From positions 4,832,001 to 4,896,000 of the forward strand of contig CBDCJO010000002.1 in assembly GCA_965217865.1 (NCBI GenBank): 64,000 nucleotides of DNA, given 5' to 3'. A model generated the notes under the pieces. That model saw only the letters and a list, made by a program, of their open reading frames with translations, was not told the origin of the DNA and searched no databases. Positions 10,821-20,848 of this stretch are shown in pieces; position 1 is the stretch's first letter; every line of letters begins with the position of its first letter. The stretch is from Candidatus Latescibacterota bacterium (lineage in GTDB: Bacteria; Latescibacterota; UBA2968; SICM01). Made by a program: the position numbers and the translations under genes.

Positions 10821-11234
10821 TCAGGGCCAATCCTTAGGTTCTACTAGTTCCCCTATTTTACCACCTCTTACTGGGAAGTTAGTGGAGGCCATCCAGCGAT
10901 AGATAATTCCGTTCTTGTCAACCCAGAACGCACGAACAGATACGGAGCTCGTTTTATCCACAAGTTTTGTGATTTTTTCTCCTGTTATATCGAAGTCATA
11001 AAACCAAATTTCTCCATCTGCTTCATCGGTGTCAACCAGGGTGGGTGGCCCCCACTTTTGGTTCAGCTTCGTTTTGTGGGACCCCTTCCACGAACTCTCG
11101 GAAAAACTGTTTCTATTGCCAGAAGTAGTCGCGCAACCGATTAAGAAAATAAGAATCAGTCCCAGGATATAGACTCGATTTAACATGGCGAACCTCCAGA
11201 AATATCTCTCGCAACCAATCTTCCCCGATGGCAA
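10821..11234 (-). CDS. Hypothetical lipoprotein (likely start at MLNRV)
   Basis: Lipobox LIGC after a hydrophobic stretch; SWKG...WGPP...W.Y pattern of small lipoproteins. Confidence 0.65.
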   Translation of the reverse strand: MPSGKIGCERYFWRFAMLNRVYILGLILIFLIGCATTSGNRNSFSESSWKGSHKTKLNQKWGPPTLVDTDEADGEIWFYDFDITGEKITKLVDKTSSVSVRAFWVDKNGIIYRWMASTNFPVRGGKIGELVEPKDWP

Positions 11235-11809
11235 TTCGCGTTCCTTTTAGTATGGTGATTATATACTTGATAAAGTCATGATAGTGATGAAGGCTCTGTC
11301 TACTCAAACAATCTGTTGGCAGTCCCCATGCCGACAAATATAGAAACAGGACATCAAAAATCAGGTAAAGAAATCGCTCGAATCGGACGATCTCCGGCCA
11401 AAGGACGGGGCATTCTGCGAAACTTTCGCAAAAAACTCAACATTTTGGGATAAAGCAAATAGCCTTTGTCAAGTATATAATTCCCTTTAGTATCGGTTAG
11501 CGGGCTGTCAGAGTCAAGGGGGATTATGTTAAAAAAAGACATACCACAAAAGAGATAAAGTGGCTTTCAAAATACTACAAATGTGCTGACCGAGTTCTTG
11601 AATCCTACGCCTCGACAACGCCACCGCCTAACCGGATGCAAGGCGCGGTCGAAACCCTGCCTTTTGGATGCCCGATAGCACAAGATTTGGACACTCTGGC
11701 ATCTGGGTAGAATCTGGTGGTGAGCAACTTAAGCAAGAACAGGCAGTGTTTTTTTAGAGGGCGGGAAGTTATCCTTTGACTTCAAATCCCCACGCTTATT
11801 TTGTGATAT

Positions 11810-12784
11810 ATGAAGGTTCTTGTTGAAGAGCTGCGTCAAATCTGCATGGATATCCTCGGCAACCAGGGACTAAACGAGGATGATGCCCGCATCGTGTCGG
11901 ATGCGGTTCTTGAGGCGGAACTTCGGGGCCGGCCGTCCCACGGCGTCATTCGGGTTCCCGGGATTGCCGAACGTGTTGCATCGAAGGGGCGGACTTCGAT
12001 GCGTGTCGCCCGGACGAGGGGGATTTGTACGCTCGTAGACGGGAAAGGAAATCTGGGTTACCTGGTTGCCCATCGCTGTGCTCGAACCGTCGCCCAGAAC
12101 GCCCGGAAGGGCGGTGTCGGTCTGGTGGGGGCATTTAATACCGACACGTGCGGGATGCTTGGGTATTATGTCTCTCTGGTCGTCGAAACGGGACTGATTT
12201 GCATTATGATGTGTGATTCAAGCCCCCGCACGGTTCCGTGGGGCGCTACAGAACCTGTGCTTGGCGCGAACCCGGTGTCCGCAGGATTTCCCTATTCTCG
12301 AGGCCAGATTCTTATCGATCTCTCCACCGCGGCTATCACCAACGGAGATATCCTGATGGTGTTGAAAGAGGGGGGGGTGATTCCGGAGGGATGTGCCCTG
12401 GATTCCGAAGGGGCGGTGACGACGGATCCAGAGGCTGCCATCAAGGGTGCCGCCCTCCCATTTGGCGGACACAAAGGGTATGCTCTGAGTCTGCTGGTAC
12501 AGATATTTTCCTCGGTTCTGGTTGGTGCAGCCCCTATTCCGAAGCCGGGCGAAGACTATGGGCTTTTCATGATGGCCATCAACCCCACCGTTTTCGTGGA
12601 TCGAGGGGGCTTTATGGACGGGATCGAGGAGATCGTCAAGCAGGTCAAATCTGCTCGCAGGTTGGATCCATCGGTAGAGATCCTGGTTCCGGGGGAGCGA
12701 TCGTTTCGAGAGCGGGAAAGGCGCCTCAAGGAGGGTATGGATATCGATGAGGATCTGTTGCAGGCGCTGAAAAAGATAGGGTAA
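11810..12784 (+). CDS. Ldh_2-family oxidoreductase (malate/L-sulfolactate/ureidoglycolate dehydrogenase-like)
   Basis: RG.PSHGV.R, LG.NP, D.ST, G..TTDP..A, LPFGGHKGYAL, VPGE motifs. Confidence 0.9.
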   Translation: MKVLVEELRQICMDILGNQGLNEDDARIVSDAVLEAELRGRPSHGVIRVPGIAERVASKGRTSMRVARTRGICTLVDGKGNLGYLVAHRCARTVAQNARKGGVGLVGAFNTDTCGMLGYYVSLVVETGLICIMMCDSSPRTVPWGATEPVLGANPVSAGFPYSRGQILIDLSTAAITNGDILMVLKEGGVIPEGCALDSEGAVTTDPEAAIKGAALPFGGHKGYALSLLVQIFSSVLVGAAPIPKPGEDYGLFMMAINPTVFVDRGGFMDGIEEIVKQVKSARRLDPSVEILVPGERSFRERERRLKEGMDIDEDLLQALKKIG

Positions 12785-12822
12785 GGTAGGGACCACGGTA
12801 GCGAGGGAACTCATTTCCTCGC

Positions 12823-13485
12823 TCATTTTTCAAAAATCTCTTCGATCATTTCTACGGAAACCGCTTCAAGGGTTTCTACGACGAGATCCGCGGCGGAAAA
12901 ATCCATCCCGTTCGAAAGGGGGAGGGGGACCACAACGCATCGCATTCCAGCCCGCTTAGCAGAAGTCAATCCGTTGAATGAGTCCTCCACGGCAAGGCAT
13001 TCTTCGGTCCTCAAACCGAGTTGTTTTGCAGCCAAAAGATAACAGTCGGGTTCGGGTTTGCCGAGTTCGACGTCGTCGCCCGTAACGATCGACTCAAATC
13101 GATCCCGTAAATTCAAATCTTTCAGAATCCCCTCCACCCAGCGTCGTGGTGACGCCGACGCGACAGCCCTTGCATAGCCTGCTTCGATCAGTTTATCGAT
13201 CAACACCAGGAATCCCGGCATGGGATGCATGTATGCAGATCGGATTTCCTGATATCGTGCATTCCTGACTTTCTGAACGGCTTCCTCATCAACTTCCCTG
13301 CCTGAACGCTCCACCAGATTCTTAAAAAGATCGATTTTGGCCTGAGTGGTTCCCAGGATTTGATTCCAAAGGTCCGTGGGAAGTTCAATTCCGTGGGCAT
13401 TGTAAACCTCTTGCCAAGATATATATATGGGCGTTTCGGTATCCACGATCAGACCATCGAAATCGAAAATCACCCCTCGAACCAC
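12823..13485 (-). CDS. HAD-family phosphatase
   Basis: FDFDGLIVDTE, VASAS, GKPEPD.Y, VEDS..G motifs; GTG start chosen after GAGAGGGGG. Confidence 0.9.
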   Translation of the reverse strand: MVRGVIFDFDGLIVDTETPIYISWQEVYNAHGIELPTDLWNQILGTTQAKIDLFKNLVERSGREVDEEAVQKVRNARYQEIRSAYMHPMPGFLVLIDKLIEAGYARAVASASPRRWVEGILKDLNLRDRFESIVTGDDVELGKPEPDCYLLAAKQLGLRTEECLAVEDSFNGLTSAKRAGMRCVVVPLPLSNGMDFSAADLVVETLEAVSVEMIEEIFEK

Positions 13486-14270
13486 GAGCTCCCCCTCTCT
13501 ATCCTGAAGGTCAGTGTTTCCTCTCCCGCGAGCGTCGAAGCGTCCCACAGGGTCTCTTTATCGGAAAATGGACCACGCTCTACGAACCGCCCTTTTATCT
13601 CCCATTCCAGGGGTGATTTATCGAAAGGGTATGGTTTTATAGCGAGGGTCAGTTCATCCCGAGGTTGAAGGGAAAGATCGATCCTGTGTTCGACGGATCC
13701 GGCGGGGGCAGCGCCGATGACCTGGGCTTCGGGTTCTCCGCAGCAAAGCAGAAGCGAAATCCAGTCCCACACGTGGAGAAGTCTGGAATTGTGCATCAGG
13801 GTTGTCTCTTGAACGGCCGGGCCGTAAACCGGATCCGTCCAGAGGGTCTGTCGAATCCGGTCCTGTGTATTGCGTTGTTCGGTCAAAAAGGCCTCTACTA
13901 AATGGTGGTCTTTGGGGGTGCTCTCTTCCAGCCCCCCCCTGTAGAGACCCGTTGCGTGCAGGCTGATCAAGAGCGCGGCGTAAGGATCTTTTCCCGTCAT
14001 TCCCACAACGCTTCGGCGCCATATGCCGAGATGCTGGGCAACTTCCATCTCCGAAAAGTTCAGGGGTTCCCCGTCCTGGTTTAATCCGGGATGGTGTTCC
14101 CATTCCTCCCATCCGGTGTCGTGCTCAGCCGCTGCGGTCATGAGGGACGATCGGGGTTCGGGGGATGCAAACTCCTCATTTCCCCAATGGCAGGCAAGTG
14201 CCCCTGAAAATACGGCGTGTTCGGGCTGCCGGATGAGAAGCCAGCCCTGTTTAAAGGGTCTGCGTATCAT
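13470..14270 (-). CDS. DUF3891-family protein
   Basis: LIRQPEHA..SG.LA.HWG, EHD.GW..W, YAALLISLH, WD.ISL.LC motifs. Confidence 0.8.
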   Translation of the reverse strand: MIRRPFKQGWLLIRQPEHAVFSGALACHWGNEEFASPEPRSSLMTAAAEHDTGWEEWEHHPGLNQDGEPLNFSEMEVAQHLGIWRRSVVGMTGKDPYAALLISLHATGLYRGGLEESTPKDHHLVEAFLTEQRNTQDRIRQTLWTDPVYGPAVQETTLMHNSRLLHVWDWISLLLCCGEPEAQVIGAAPAGSVEHRIDLSLQPRDELTLAIKPYPFDKSPLEWEIKGRFVERGPFSDKETLWDASTLAGEETLTFRIERGSSWFEG

Positions 14271-14431
14271 GCATTCCGTGGATTGTGATTCGTGGATCGT
14301 AAAGACCGTGTATCGTGGTTCGTGACTCGGGGATCGGAAAAGACGTGGATCGTAAGATCTATCGCGTGTCGAAAGTCATAGGGTATCGAGTTGACTAGGG
14401 GATTGGGGGACGGAGCCCCACCCCCAGCCCC

Positions 14432-15499
14432 TTACCCTGTCTTTTTTTCTATCTTCTCCAATACCATCGCTGCGGCAAGGAGATCTTGAGCGGCCAAGCC
14501 GGTGAAATAGGTGATCACTCCGGTTCCACGCAGATGATCGAGTCGGCCGATGGCTGCATCACCAATATTTTGAACGATCCCTTTTCCGTTTTTGACGAAC
14601 CGGATATCGTCAAATCGACCCGATTGTTTCCGAGCCAAAAAATCACCTGAACCAGCGGCCTGAACCATGTCGTCGGCCACTATGGGTCGGTCCCAAAGGA
14701 GATCGGGATCAAGCTGGGTTGTCCGCGAGTCCCCCCCCATCACGGACAGATGGACACGGGGACCGATGGATGTTCGATTCAGTATCGGGGTCGGCGTCGG
14801 AACCGCGGTCAGGACGATATCCGCGCCCTCGATGCACGCCGAAAGAGAATCCTTCATCCTTAGGCTGGACCGGATTCGGGGTCCGATTTCATCTTCAAAG
14901 GCAGTTCTGTTTTCCCGTTTCCGACTCGTCGCCCTGATCTCCTCAAGGTCGAACAGATAATCGATGCAGACCGCCAGGAATTTTCCGATCCGTCCAGTCC
15001 CGATTAGGGCCGCAACCTGCGCGTCCGGCCTTGCCAGGTAGCGAGCGCCAAGCGCCCCGGCCGCACCGGTTCTGACATTTGTGATAAAGTCAGCTTCGAT
15101 TTCCGCCTCCGTCCCGGTCGTCAGGTCCTTTAGGGTGATCTTTGCAATCCGCTCCTCCAGCCGTCCGGTTGCCACGTCGGATCGTTCTACGATGATCTTT
15201 TCCCCCCGATAGTGGCCGACCCACTCCGCGGGCATGTTCAGGCTAAAACGATCGAGCCCGGCCTGTTTCTCCACGCGCTCGATCCGAGGGGGGTTTAACA
15301 GGAGACCCTGGCCAAGCAAACGGAAGGCTTTGTCGCAGGAATCAATCCAGTCCTTGGGGGAGAAGAGATGGATAAAATCGGATTCAGGGATGGTTCTGGG
15401 CGTCATGGAGGAGGGGGAAAGTAAAAAAGCTAAACGATGAGAGGTGATTGGTGAGCCGCGAATCAATCGCGGAATGTGGGTTGCCGTCTTCCGCCTCAC
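14432..15499 (-). CDS. Ornithine cyclodeaminase/mu-crystallin family protein (alternative start 15406)
   Basis: IT.VRTGAAGALGA.YLAR, IGTG..G Rossmann motif, TGLA.QD near the C-terminus. Confidence 0.85.
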   Translation of the reverse strand: MRRKTATHIPRLIRGSPITSHRLAFLLSPSSMTPRTIPESDFIHLFSPKDWIDSCDKAFRLLGQGLLLNPPRIERVEKQAGLDRFSLNMPAEWVGHYRGEKIIVERSDVATGRLEERIAKITLKDLTTGTEAEIEADFITNVRTGAAGALGARYLARPDAQVAALIGTGRIGKFLAVCIDYLFDLEEIRATSRKRENRTAFEDEIGPRIRSSLRMKDSLSACIEGADIVLTAVPTPTPILNRTSIGPRVHLSVMGGDSRTTQLDPDLLWDRPIVADDMVQAAGSGDFLARKQSGRFDDIRFVKNGKGIVQNIGDAAIGRLDHLRGTGVITYFTGLAAQDLLAAAMVLEKIEKKTG

Positions 15500-16524
15500 G
15501 CTTCATCATCATACGGGTTCCATTGCACCGCCGGGTTATCGGAGTTGGTCTGGAGATAGTCTTTCAAATCCTCGATGAAAACCGACTTCTCGATATTGCT
15601 CCTTGAAGGACTCCCATCTTCGCCCAGGAAACTAAGATTCGGCGCAGCTGTATCAATCCCATTAAAGGCCCACGTGCCCGGGGCTGTTTCCATCACCTGA
15701 AGACGGGTTACAAACGGATCGAGATCGATTCTCGGCATCGGTCTTCTACTGACAAGCTGCACCCAGGATTCATATCGGTATTTGAGCCAGTACCTGCCGT
15801 CGTGGACCGTCAACACCCGAAGACAGTCTGTCGCAGAACAGGTGGCAACCGGATGGAGGGGTTCCGGGGATTCGATGACCACCAGATCAATTTCCGGAAA
15901 TTCTTCCAACTTCACGTCGTGGGCCTGTATCGCGGCCTCGCTTCGTTTGACGTGGTCGAACTCCTCTTCCCACAGGTCGCGGTAATCCTCGATATGCGTA
16001 AAGATATCAAGGAGTCCGAAAATCAGCATCTGATACAAAATGGCGATTCGCCCATCTTCCGATCGACCGGCCAGTTCCTTGTGGTAAGGGGAGACCTCGG
16101 GGTCTGCAAATCCGGTGATCGTAAAGACGGTTTTGAGTGCCTGCGGGTCCCGGTAGCGGAGGAAATCCCCCGCGGAGGCGATGTTGATCATCAGGTCGCG
16201 ATTTTGGAGTGCCCTTCCGGGGTTGACCAGAGTCAAGGCGGCCACCAAACCGTCCGGGCTGAACTGGTTAGAGGAAACCACCGGCACATTCCGCGCGAGA
16301 TTCGAACCCGAGGTGATATAGTTTAATGCGATTTCAGCACTCGTATCCGCCTTCAGCGACCGGGGTGTCCCGCTCTTCGGCAGATGGCTGAGGGTCAGTT
16401 CCGTGTGCTCATTCGGATCCCCATCAACGATGATGTGGGGCCGATCGTTTAACTGATCATAGGGAACAAATTCCAAACCGGTCCTCTTGAAATAAAGTTT
16501 GACGTTTGAACCCAGATATCGCAC
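15496..16524 (-). CDS. DUF6687-like conserved protein
   Basis: VDG......LTLSH.P..GTP..LKADTSAEI, AGDF, YRYESWVQ motifs, recognised from memory of this family. Confidence 0.65.
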   Translation of the reverse strand: MRYLGSNVKLYFKRTGLEFVPYDQLNDRPHIIVDGDPNEHTELTLSHLPKSGTPRSLKADTSAEIALNYITSGSNLARNVPVVSSNQFSPDGLVAALTLVNPGRALQNRDLMINIASAGDFLRYRDPQALKTVFTITGFADPEVSPYHKELAGRSEDGRIAILYQMLIFGLLDIFTHIEDYRDLWEEEFDHVKRSEAAIQAHDVKLEEFPEIDLVVIESPEPLHPVATCSATDCLRVLTVHDGRYWLKYRYESWVQLVSRRPMPRIDLDPFVTRLQVMETAPGTWAFNGIDTAAPNLSFLGEDGSPSRSNIEKSVFIEDLKDYLQTNSDNPAVQWNPYDDEA

Positions 16525-16726
16525 CGGGTCTTATTAAAATATTGATCCGATCAGTGGTCATGATACGCCGACACGTAGATTTGTCAAGCGTCGTTTTCAG
16601 AACGGGCCGGCGGAGAAGCCGGGTGCCACAGTGTAGCCATTTCTTGACTGAGTTATCCAACCGCTTTATCTTTATGTCTCATCGTTTCTTTTGTTTCAAG
16701 ACCATCCAATTCCTAAGGGGAGGTTT

Positions 16727-18034
16727 ATGAAATCGTATTACAAAATTTGCTTTGCGCTGTGGATCATCCTTTTCCCCATCGCCTCGGAAGCCGCGGAGGG
16801 CCACGGGGACCCGTCCGCCAATGTCCTCCTGGGGCTTGCCGTGATCCTGGTCGCTGCAAAATTGGGCGGAAGCCTGTTCGAGCGCTACCGCATGCCTCCT
16901 GTTCTGGGAGAACTCATATTCGGAGTCATCCTGGGAAACGCTGCACTGGTTGGGATCCCGCTGTTTGAGGGAATGCGGGAGGACACCGGCGTGGATCTTC
17001 TGGCGCGAATCGGCGTCGTTGTGCTCCTGTTCGAGGTGGGGCTGGAGACCGATGTGGAAGGCATGCTGGCCGTTGGGTTCCGAAGCCTGATGGTGGCTGC
17101 CGTCGGTATGATCGCTCCCTTTTTCATGGGCTATGGTCTGAGCCTCTATCTGTTGCCTGAAGCCCCGTTTGCGACTCATCTGTTCATCGGCGCTACGCTT
17201 ACGGCAACATCGGTCGGTATCACGGCCAGGGTCCTGAAAGACCTCGGTCAACTCGATCGACCCGAAGCCCGTATTATCCTGGGTGCTGCTGTCGTCGACG
17301 ACGTCCTGGGGCTTGTCGTCCTGGCCGTTGTAAGCGCGATCGTCACGGCCGGAAGCGTTAGCCTCCTGACAACGGGAATCATTCTTTTTAAGGCCTTGGG
17401 ATTTTTGGCCGGGGCTTTGCTTATTGGCAGATGGCTCGCACCCTATCTTGGGCGTGCAGCGAATGCACTGGGAGGAGGGACCAAAGTATCGATCGCGTTT
17501 GTGTTCTGTTTCTTCCTGTCATTTTTAGCGGACTTCATCGGCCTGGCCACAATTGTAGGTGCGTTTGCTGCGGGGCTGATCCTTGAAGAAGGCCACTTTC
17601 TTCCTCCTCTCCGGGGGGAGGAGGAGCACGTGGATCTGCAAGATTTCTCCCACATGCCCCACGTTCTCTCCCTTCAGCAATTGACCAACCCGCTTTCGTC
17701 CATCCTGGTCCCGGTGTTCTTCGTCATGATGGGCATGCACATCCGGTTGGAGACCTTCGTCGACCCTTCCGTGTTGGGCCTTGCGGGCGCCCTTACTGTT
17801 GCCGCATTCATCAGCAAGCAGGCATGTGGTCTGGCGGTTCAGAAGGGGAGCCGGATGACCGTCGGACTGGGCATGGTTCCCAGGGGCGAGGTGGGTTTGA
17901 TCTTCGCATCCATCGGAAGGAGCCTCGGTGCGATCGACGACGGTGTCTACTCTTCAATCGTGATCGTGGTTGTGGCCACCACCGTCGTGACGCCGCCCTT
18001 CCTGAAATGGAGCCTGATGAGATCCTCATCCTAA
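16727..18034 (+). CDS. Cation:proton antiporter (CPA2, NapA-like)
   Basis: PPVLGEL, LFEVGLE, ATSVGITARVL, AAVVDDVLG, GMVPRGEVGLIFA. Confidence 0.92.
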   Translation: MKSYYKICFALWIILFPIASEAAEGHGDPSANVLLGLAVILVAAKLGGSLFERYRMPPVLGELIFGVILGNAALVGIPLFEGMREDTGVDLLARIGVVVLLFEVGLETDVEGMLAVGFRSLMVAAVGMIAPFFMGYGLSLYLLPEAPFATHLFIGATLTATSVGITARVLKDLGQLDRPEARIILGAAVVDDVLGLVVLAVVSAIVTAGSVSLLTTGIILFKALGFLAGALLIGRWLAPYLGRAANALGGGTKVSIAFVFCFFLSFLADFIGLATIVGAFAAGLILEEGHFLPPLRGEEEHVDLQDFSHMPHVLSLQQLTNPLSSILVPVFFVMMGMHIRLETFVDPSVLGLAGALTVAAFISKQACGLAVQKGSRMTVGLGMVPRGEVGLIFASIGRSLGAIDDGVYSSIVIVVVATTVVTPPFLKWSLMRSSS

Positions 18035-18068
18035 GGGTATGACCCTTGATTTTAGAGGGAAAACATTT

Positions 18069-18881
18069 ATGAAGAAGGGAATGGTACTGACAGGCGGTTA
18101 TGGGGACACTTTCGAGGAGGCCCTTCAGAAACACAAGGACGCGGGTTTTCAGGGTGTGGAGATCGTCACCTCTGAAGAAGGGGGGTGGTTCAGTCTCAAT
18201 ACAACGACTTCCGGTATTTCGGCTTTGCGCGCGGCTTCTCAGAAGGTCGGGGTGGAGATACCGAGCGTGATGGCAGGGGCGTGGAAAAACCCGCTTTCGG
18301 ATCCCGAACCCCGGACGCGGGAGAAGGGACAGGCCCTGGTTTCAAAGGCGATCGAAGGCGCCAAACAGATGGGTGCGGCGGCCGTATTGGTCGTCCCCGC
18401 GGTGGTGAAAGATGAGGTCACTTACGAACAGGCATGGGATCGGTCTCAAGGCGTGATCCGGGAATTGATACCGGAGGCCGAGGAGGCAGGTGTCTGCCTC
18501 TGCGTCGAGAACGTCTGGAACAAATTCCTGCTCAGCCCATTCGATTTCTGCCGGTATGTGGACAGTTTTCAGAGCGAAGCCGTGCGGGTCTACTTCGACG
18601 TGGGAAACGTCCTGGTTTATGGATATCCGGAGCATTGGATTCGATCTCTCGGGGGACGGATTCGAAAGGTCCATCTCAAGGACTTCAAGACGAACATCGG
18701 GAACATCTGTGGGTTCACGAACCTCCTGGAAGGCGATGTGAACTGGCCCCGGGTAATGGAGGCCTTGAGGGAAATCGGTTACAGCGACTATCTGACGGCG
18801 GAGTTGGGCCTCTTCACGCATGCCCCTGAAGAGATGTTGAGTCAGACCTCTTCGGCCATGGATGCGATTCTGAAGATGTGA
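18069..18881 (+). CDS. Sugar phosphate isomerase/epimerase (xylose-isomerase-like TIM barrel)
   Basis: ENVWNKFLLSP, FDVGN, HLKD, TAE metal-binding motifs. Confidence 0.9.
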   Translation: MKKGMVLTGGYGDTFEEALQKHKDAGFQGVEIVTSEEGGWFSLNTTTSGISALRAASQKVGVEIPSVMAGAWKNPLSDPEPRTREKGQALVSKAIEGAKQMGAAAVLVVPAVVKDEVTYEQAWDRSQGVIRELIPEAEEAGVCLCVENVWNKFLLSPFDFCRYVDSFQSEAVRVYFDVGNVLVYGYPEHWIRSLGGRIRKVHLKDFKTNIGNICGFTNLLEGDVNWPRVMEALREIGYSDYLTAELGLFTHAPEEMLSQTSSAMDAILKM

Positions 18882-19138
18882 ATCAGCTCCATGAAAGGGT
18901 TATGTCGGGGCGGCGGCTTCGAGTCTTGTGTTCTGTTTTTAAAGGGATTATCTATAGCTCGTCCGATGGACCGGCTGGCTCAATTCCTCTTTGGAGATAC
19001 GACTTTCTCCCTTGACTTGGTGGTCCAAGTTTGGTATGTTTACCCCCTTAAATTTGGGGGATTCCCGGTGATGTGAAGCAACCGGGCGCATCATCAGGTC
19101 GGAACACAGCGAAGGACAGATTCGACTTAAGAGGAACC

Positions 19139-19678
19139 ATGCCCAGTAAGAAAACCCTTAAAAAACCCACCAAGAAACCCAGTAAGGTAAAAAGGAAGGT
19201 CAAAAAAACCGAAACGGGTTTGACAAAAAGGCAGACCAAGCTCTGCGAGGACCTGCTGCTCAAACGCCGGACGGAGATTTTGAGTGACCTGGAAGTTCAC
19301 AATAGTGAGGCGAATGGTCTCCAGGGCGATGTGGCCGCCGATCCTCTGGATCTTGCGGACGGGTCTCGTTCGTTGGAGCTAATGCGCGCCCTGGGTGATC
19401 AGGAGCGGCGGGAGATTAAGGAGATCGATCATGCGCTGGGGAAGATCACCCGGAAAGGTTTCGGGGTTTGTGAATGGCCCGAATGTAATGAGAAGATCCT
19501 CTTCAAACGCCTCGAGTTCATCCCCACGGCACGGATGTGCATCAGCCACCAAGAAACGTATGAACAGATGGCCCGGAGCGGGCAGATCCTCCCCGCCAGG
19601 CGCTACCTCCGCCGTGACGGGGCGGCGATCGAAGAGGGGGAGGATGAGGATGATTCTTTCAGGAGGCAGAACTACTAG
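19139..19678 (+). CDS. dksA: DksA/TraR-family transcription factor
   Basis: Coiled coil with DPLDLA (DxxDxA), I..AL.KI...FG.C, RL..IPTA.MC zinc-finger region; GAGGA RBS. Confidence 0.75.
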   Translation: MPSKKTLKKPTKKPSKVKRKVKKTETGLTKRQTKLCEDLLLKRRTEILSDLEVHNSEANGLQGDVAADPLDLADGSRSLELMRALGDQERREIKEIDHALGKITRKGFGVCEWPECNEKILFKRLEFIPTARMCISHQETYEQMARSGQILPARRYLRRDGAAIEEGEDEDDSFRRQNY

Positions 19679-19686
19679 CGGGAGAG

Positions 19687-19726
19687 AACGGTGAGTGTGA
19701 AAGTTCACAACTCACCGTTTTTATTT
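19687..19726 (+). terminator. Rho-independent terminator after the dksA-like gene
   Basis: AACGGTGAG...CTCACCGTT stem with inner TGTGAA/TTCACA pairing, followed by a T tract. Confidence 0.75.
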
Positions 19727-19749
19727 CAAGGCGTTTGTGTGGAGACCGG

Positions 19750-20751
19750 ATGGACGGCTATGAAGTGATTTTGACCGGGTTCGCGGATGAAGGGCCGGCC
19801 AGCAAAAAGGCGGAGGAACAGCTCGGGATCTGTCGTGCCCTTGGTATGTCATATTATACCATCCGGTTTGTGGATCTCGGCGACGGGGTCAAGAACGTGA
19901 TGAAGCTGTCGGACGATGAAATCAAGCGCCTCCAAGGATTACACAGCGATTTCGAAATGCGGGTTTCGTCGATCGGTTCGCCCATCGGGAAGATCAAACT
20001 GGTGGATCGTGAGGACGGCACGACGAACGTCTACATCCCGTTTGACAAATATCTGAGGGAAGAGGTTTCCCGAGCCATCGATCTGGCTCACATCTTTGAG
20101 ACGAAGCTGATCCGTGGATTTTCTTTCTACCCGCCAAGGGGGGACGACCCGGGAAAATACCTCGATCAATCGGCGGATTACCTGAGGCAGATCGCGGCGC
20201 GGTGTGAAGAAGAAAACCTTTACTTTGGCCTGGAGATCGAAACGCACTTGGTCGGGCAGACCGGGGGACTGCTCAAAACCCTCCACGAAAAGGTGGACAA
20301 CGAGCACCTCTGTTTGATTTTCGACTGCGGAAATATCGAGTCGATGGGTTTCAGCGCCGCCGAGTCGGTCTCTCAATATCACCAAATGGAGGCGGGTTTA
20401 GGCTGGGTTCACGTGAAGGGTACCAGATGCCCCGCGGATTCGGCCTTCGAAGCGGACCTGAAGCGGCGTGATCTTGCGGGTTTCATCCCGGTCGATCTGG
20501 GTGACTTGGGCAACGAAGGTTCATTGCGGGCGTTCCGGGAGGTGCTTCCCCGGCTGAACAGAATTTGGAAGGCCAGGGGGGTTCCCGGCGTGTTTGTAGA
20601 CCTGGAACCCCATATCAAGAGCGGGGGACAGTTCGGTGGGTTCAGCGGTCCTGACGGGTTCGGGGTGGCCTTCAGGGGACTTTTGAGGTTACTTGATTTT
20701 GTGAGGATCGGGTACCACCTTACGGATTTTAACGACCTGAGGAATCGGTAG
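19750..20751 (+). CDS. TIM-barrel sugar phosphate isomerase/epimerase family protein
   Basis: GFADE, IGSPIGKI, IRGFSFY, LEIE, FDCGN, HVK, LEPH. Confidence 0.85.
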   Translation: MDGYEVILTGFADEGPASKKAEEQLGICRALGMSYYTIRFVDLGDGVKNVMKLSDDEIKRLQGLHSDFEMRVSSIGSPIGKIKLVDREDGTTNVYIPFDKYLREEVSRAIDLAHIFETKLIRGFSFYPPRGDDPGKYLDQSADYLRQIAARCEEENLYFGLEIETHLVGQTGGLLKTLHEKVDNEHLCLIFDCGNIESMGFSAAESVSQYHQMEAGLGWVHVKGTRCPADSAFEADLKRRDLAGFIPVDLGDLGNEGSLRAFREVLPRLNRIWKARGVPGVFVDLEPHIKSGGQFGGFSGPDGFGVAFRGLLRLLDFVRIGYHLTDFNDLRNR

Positions 20752-20848
20752 AAAAAAGGGTTATGTGCAGGGGCACGGGTACGGGAATCTAATGATTCCG
20801 AGACCTGATCCCCGCTTCTGACCCCGTTTTTTTATCAGGAGGGAGACC

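Noticed and set aside
10428-10847. 139-aa plus-strand ORF in the island
   Set aside because: No RBS or recognisable motif; overlaps a minus-strand remnant; likely spurious
11606-11660. YASTTPPPNRMQGAVETL, reminiscent of a tyrosine-integrase C-terminal tail
   Set aside because: Too short and degenerate; no catalytic motifs or att site found
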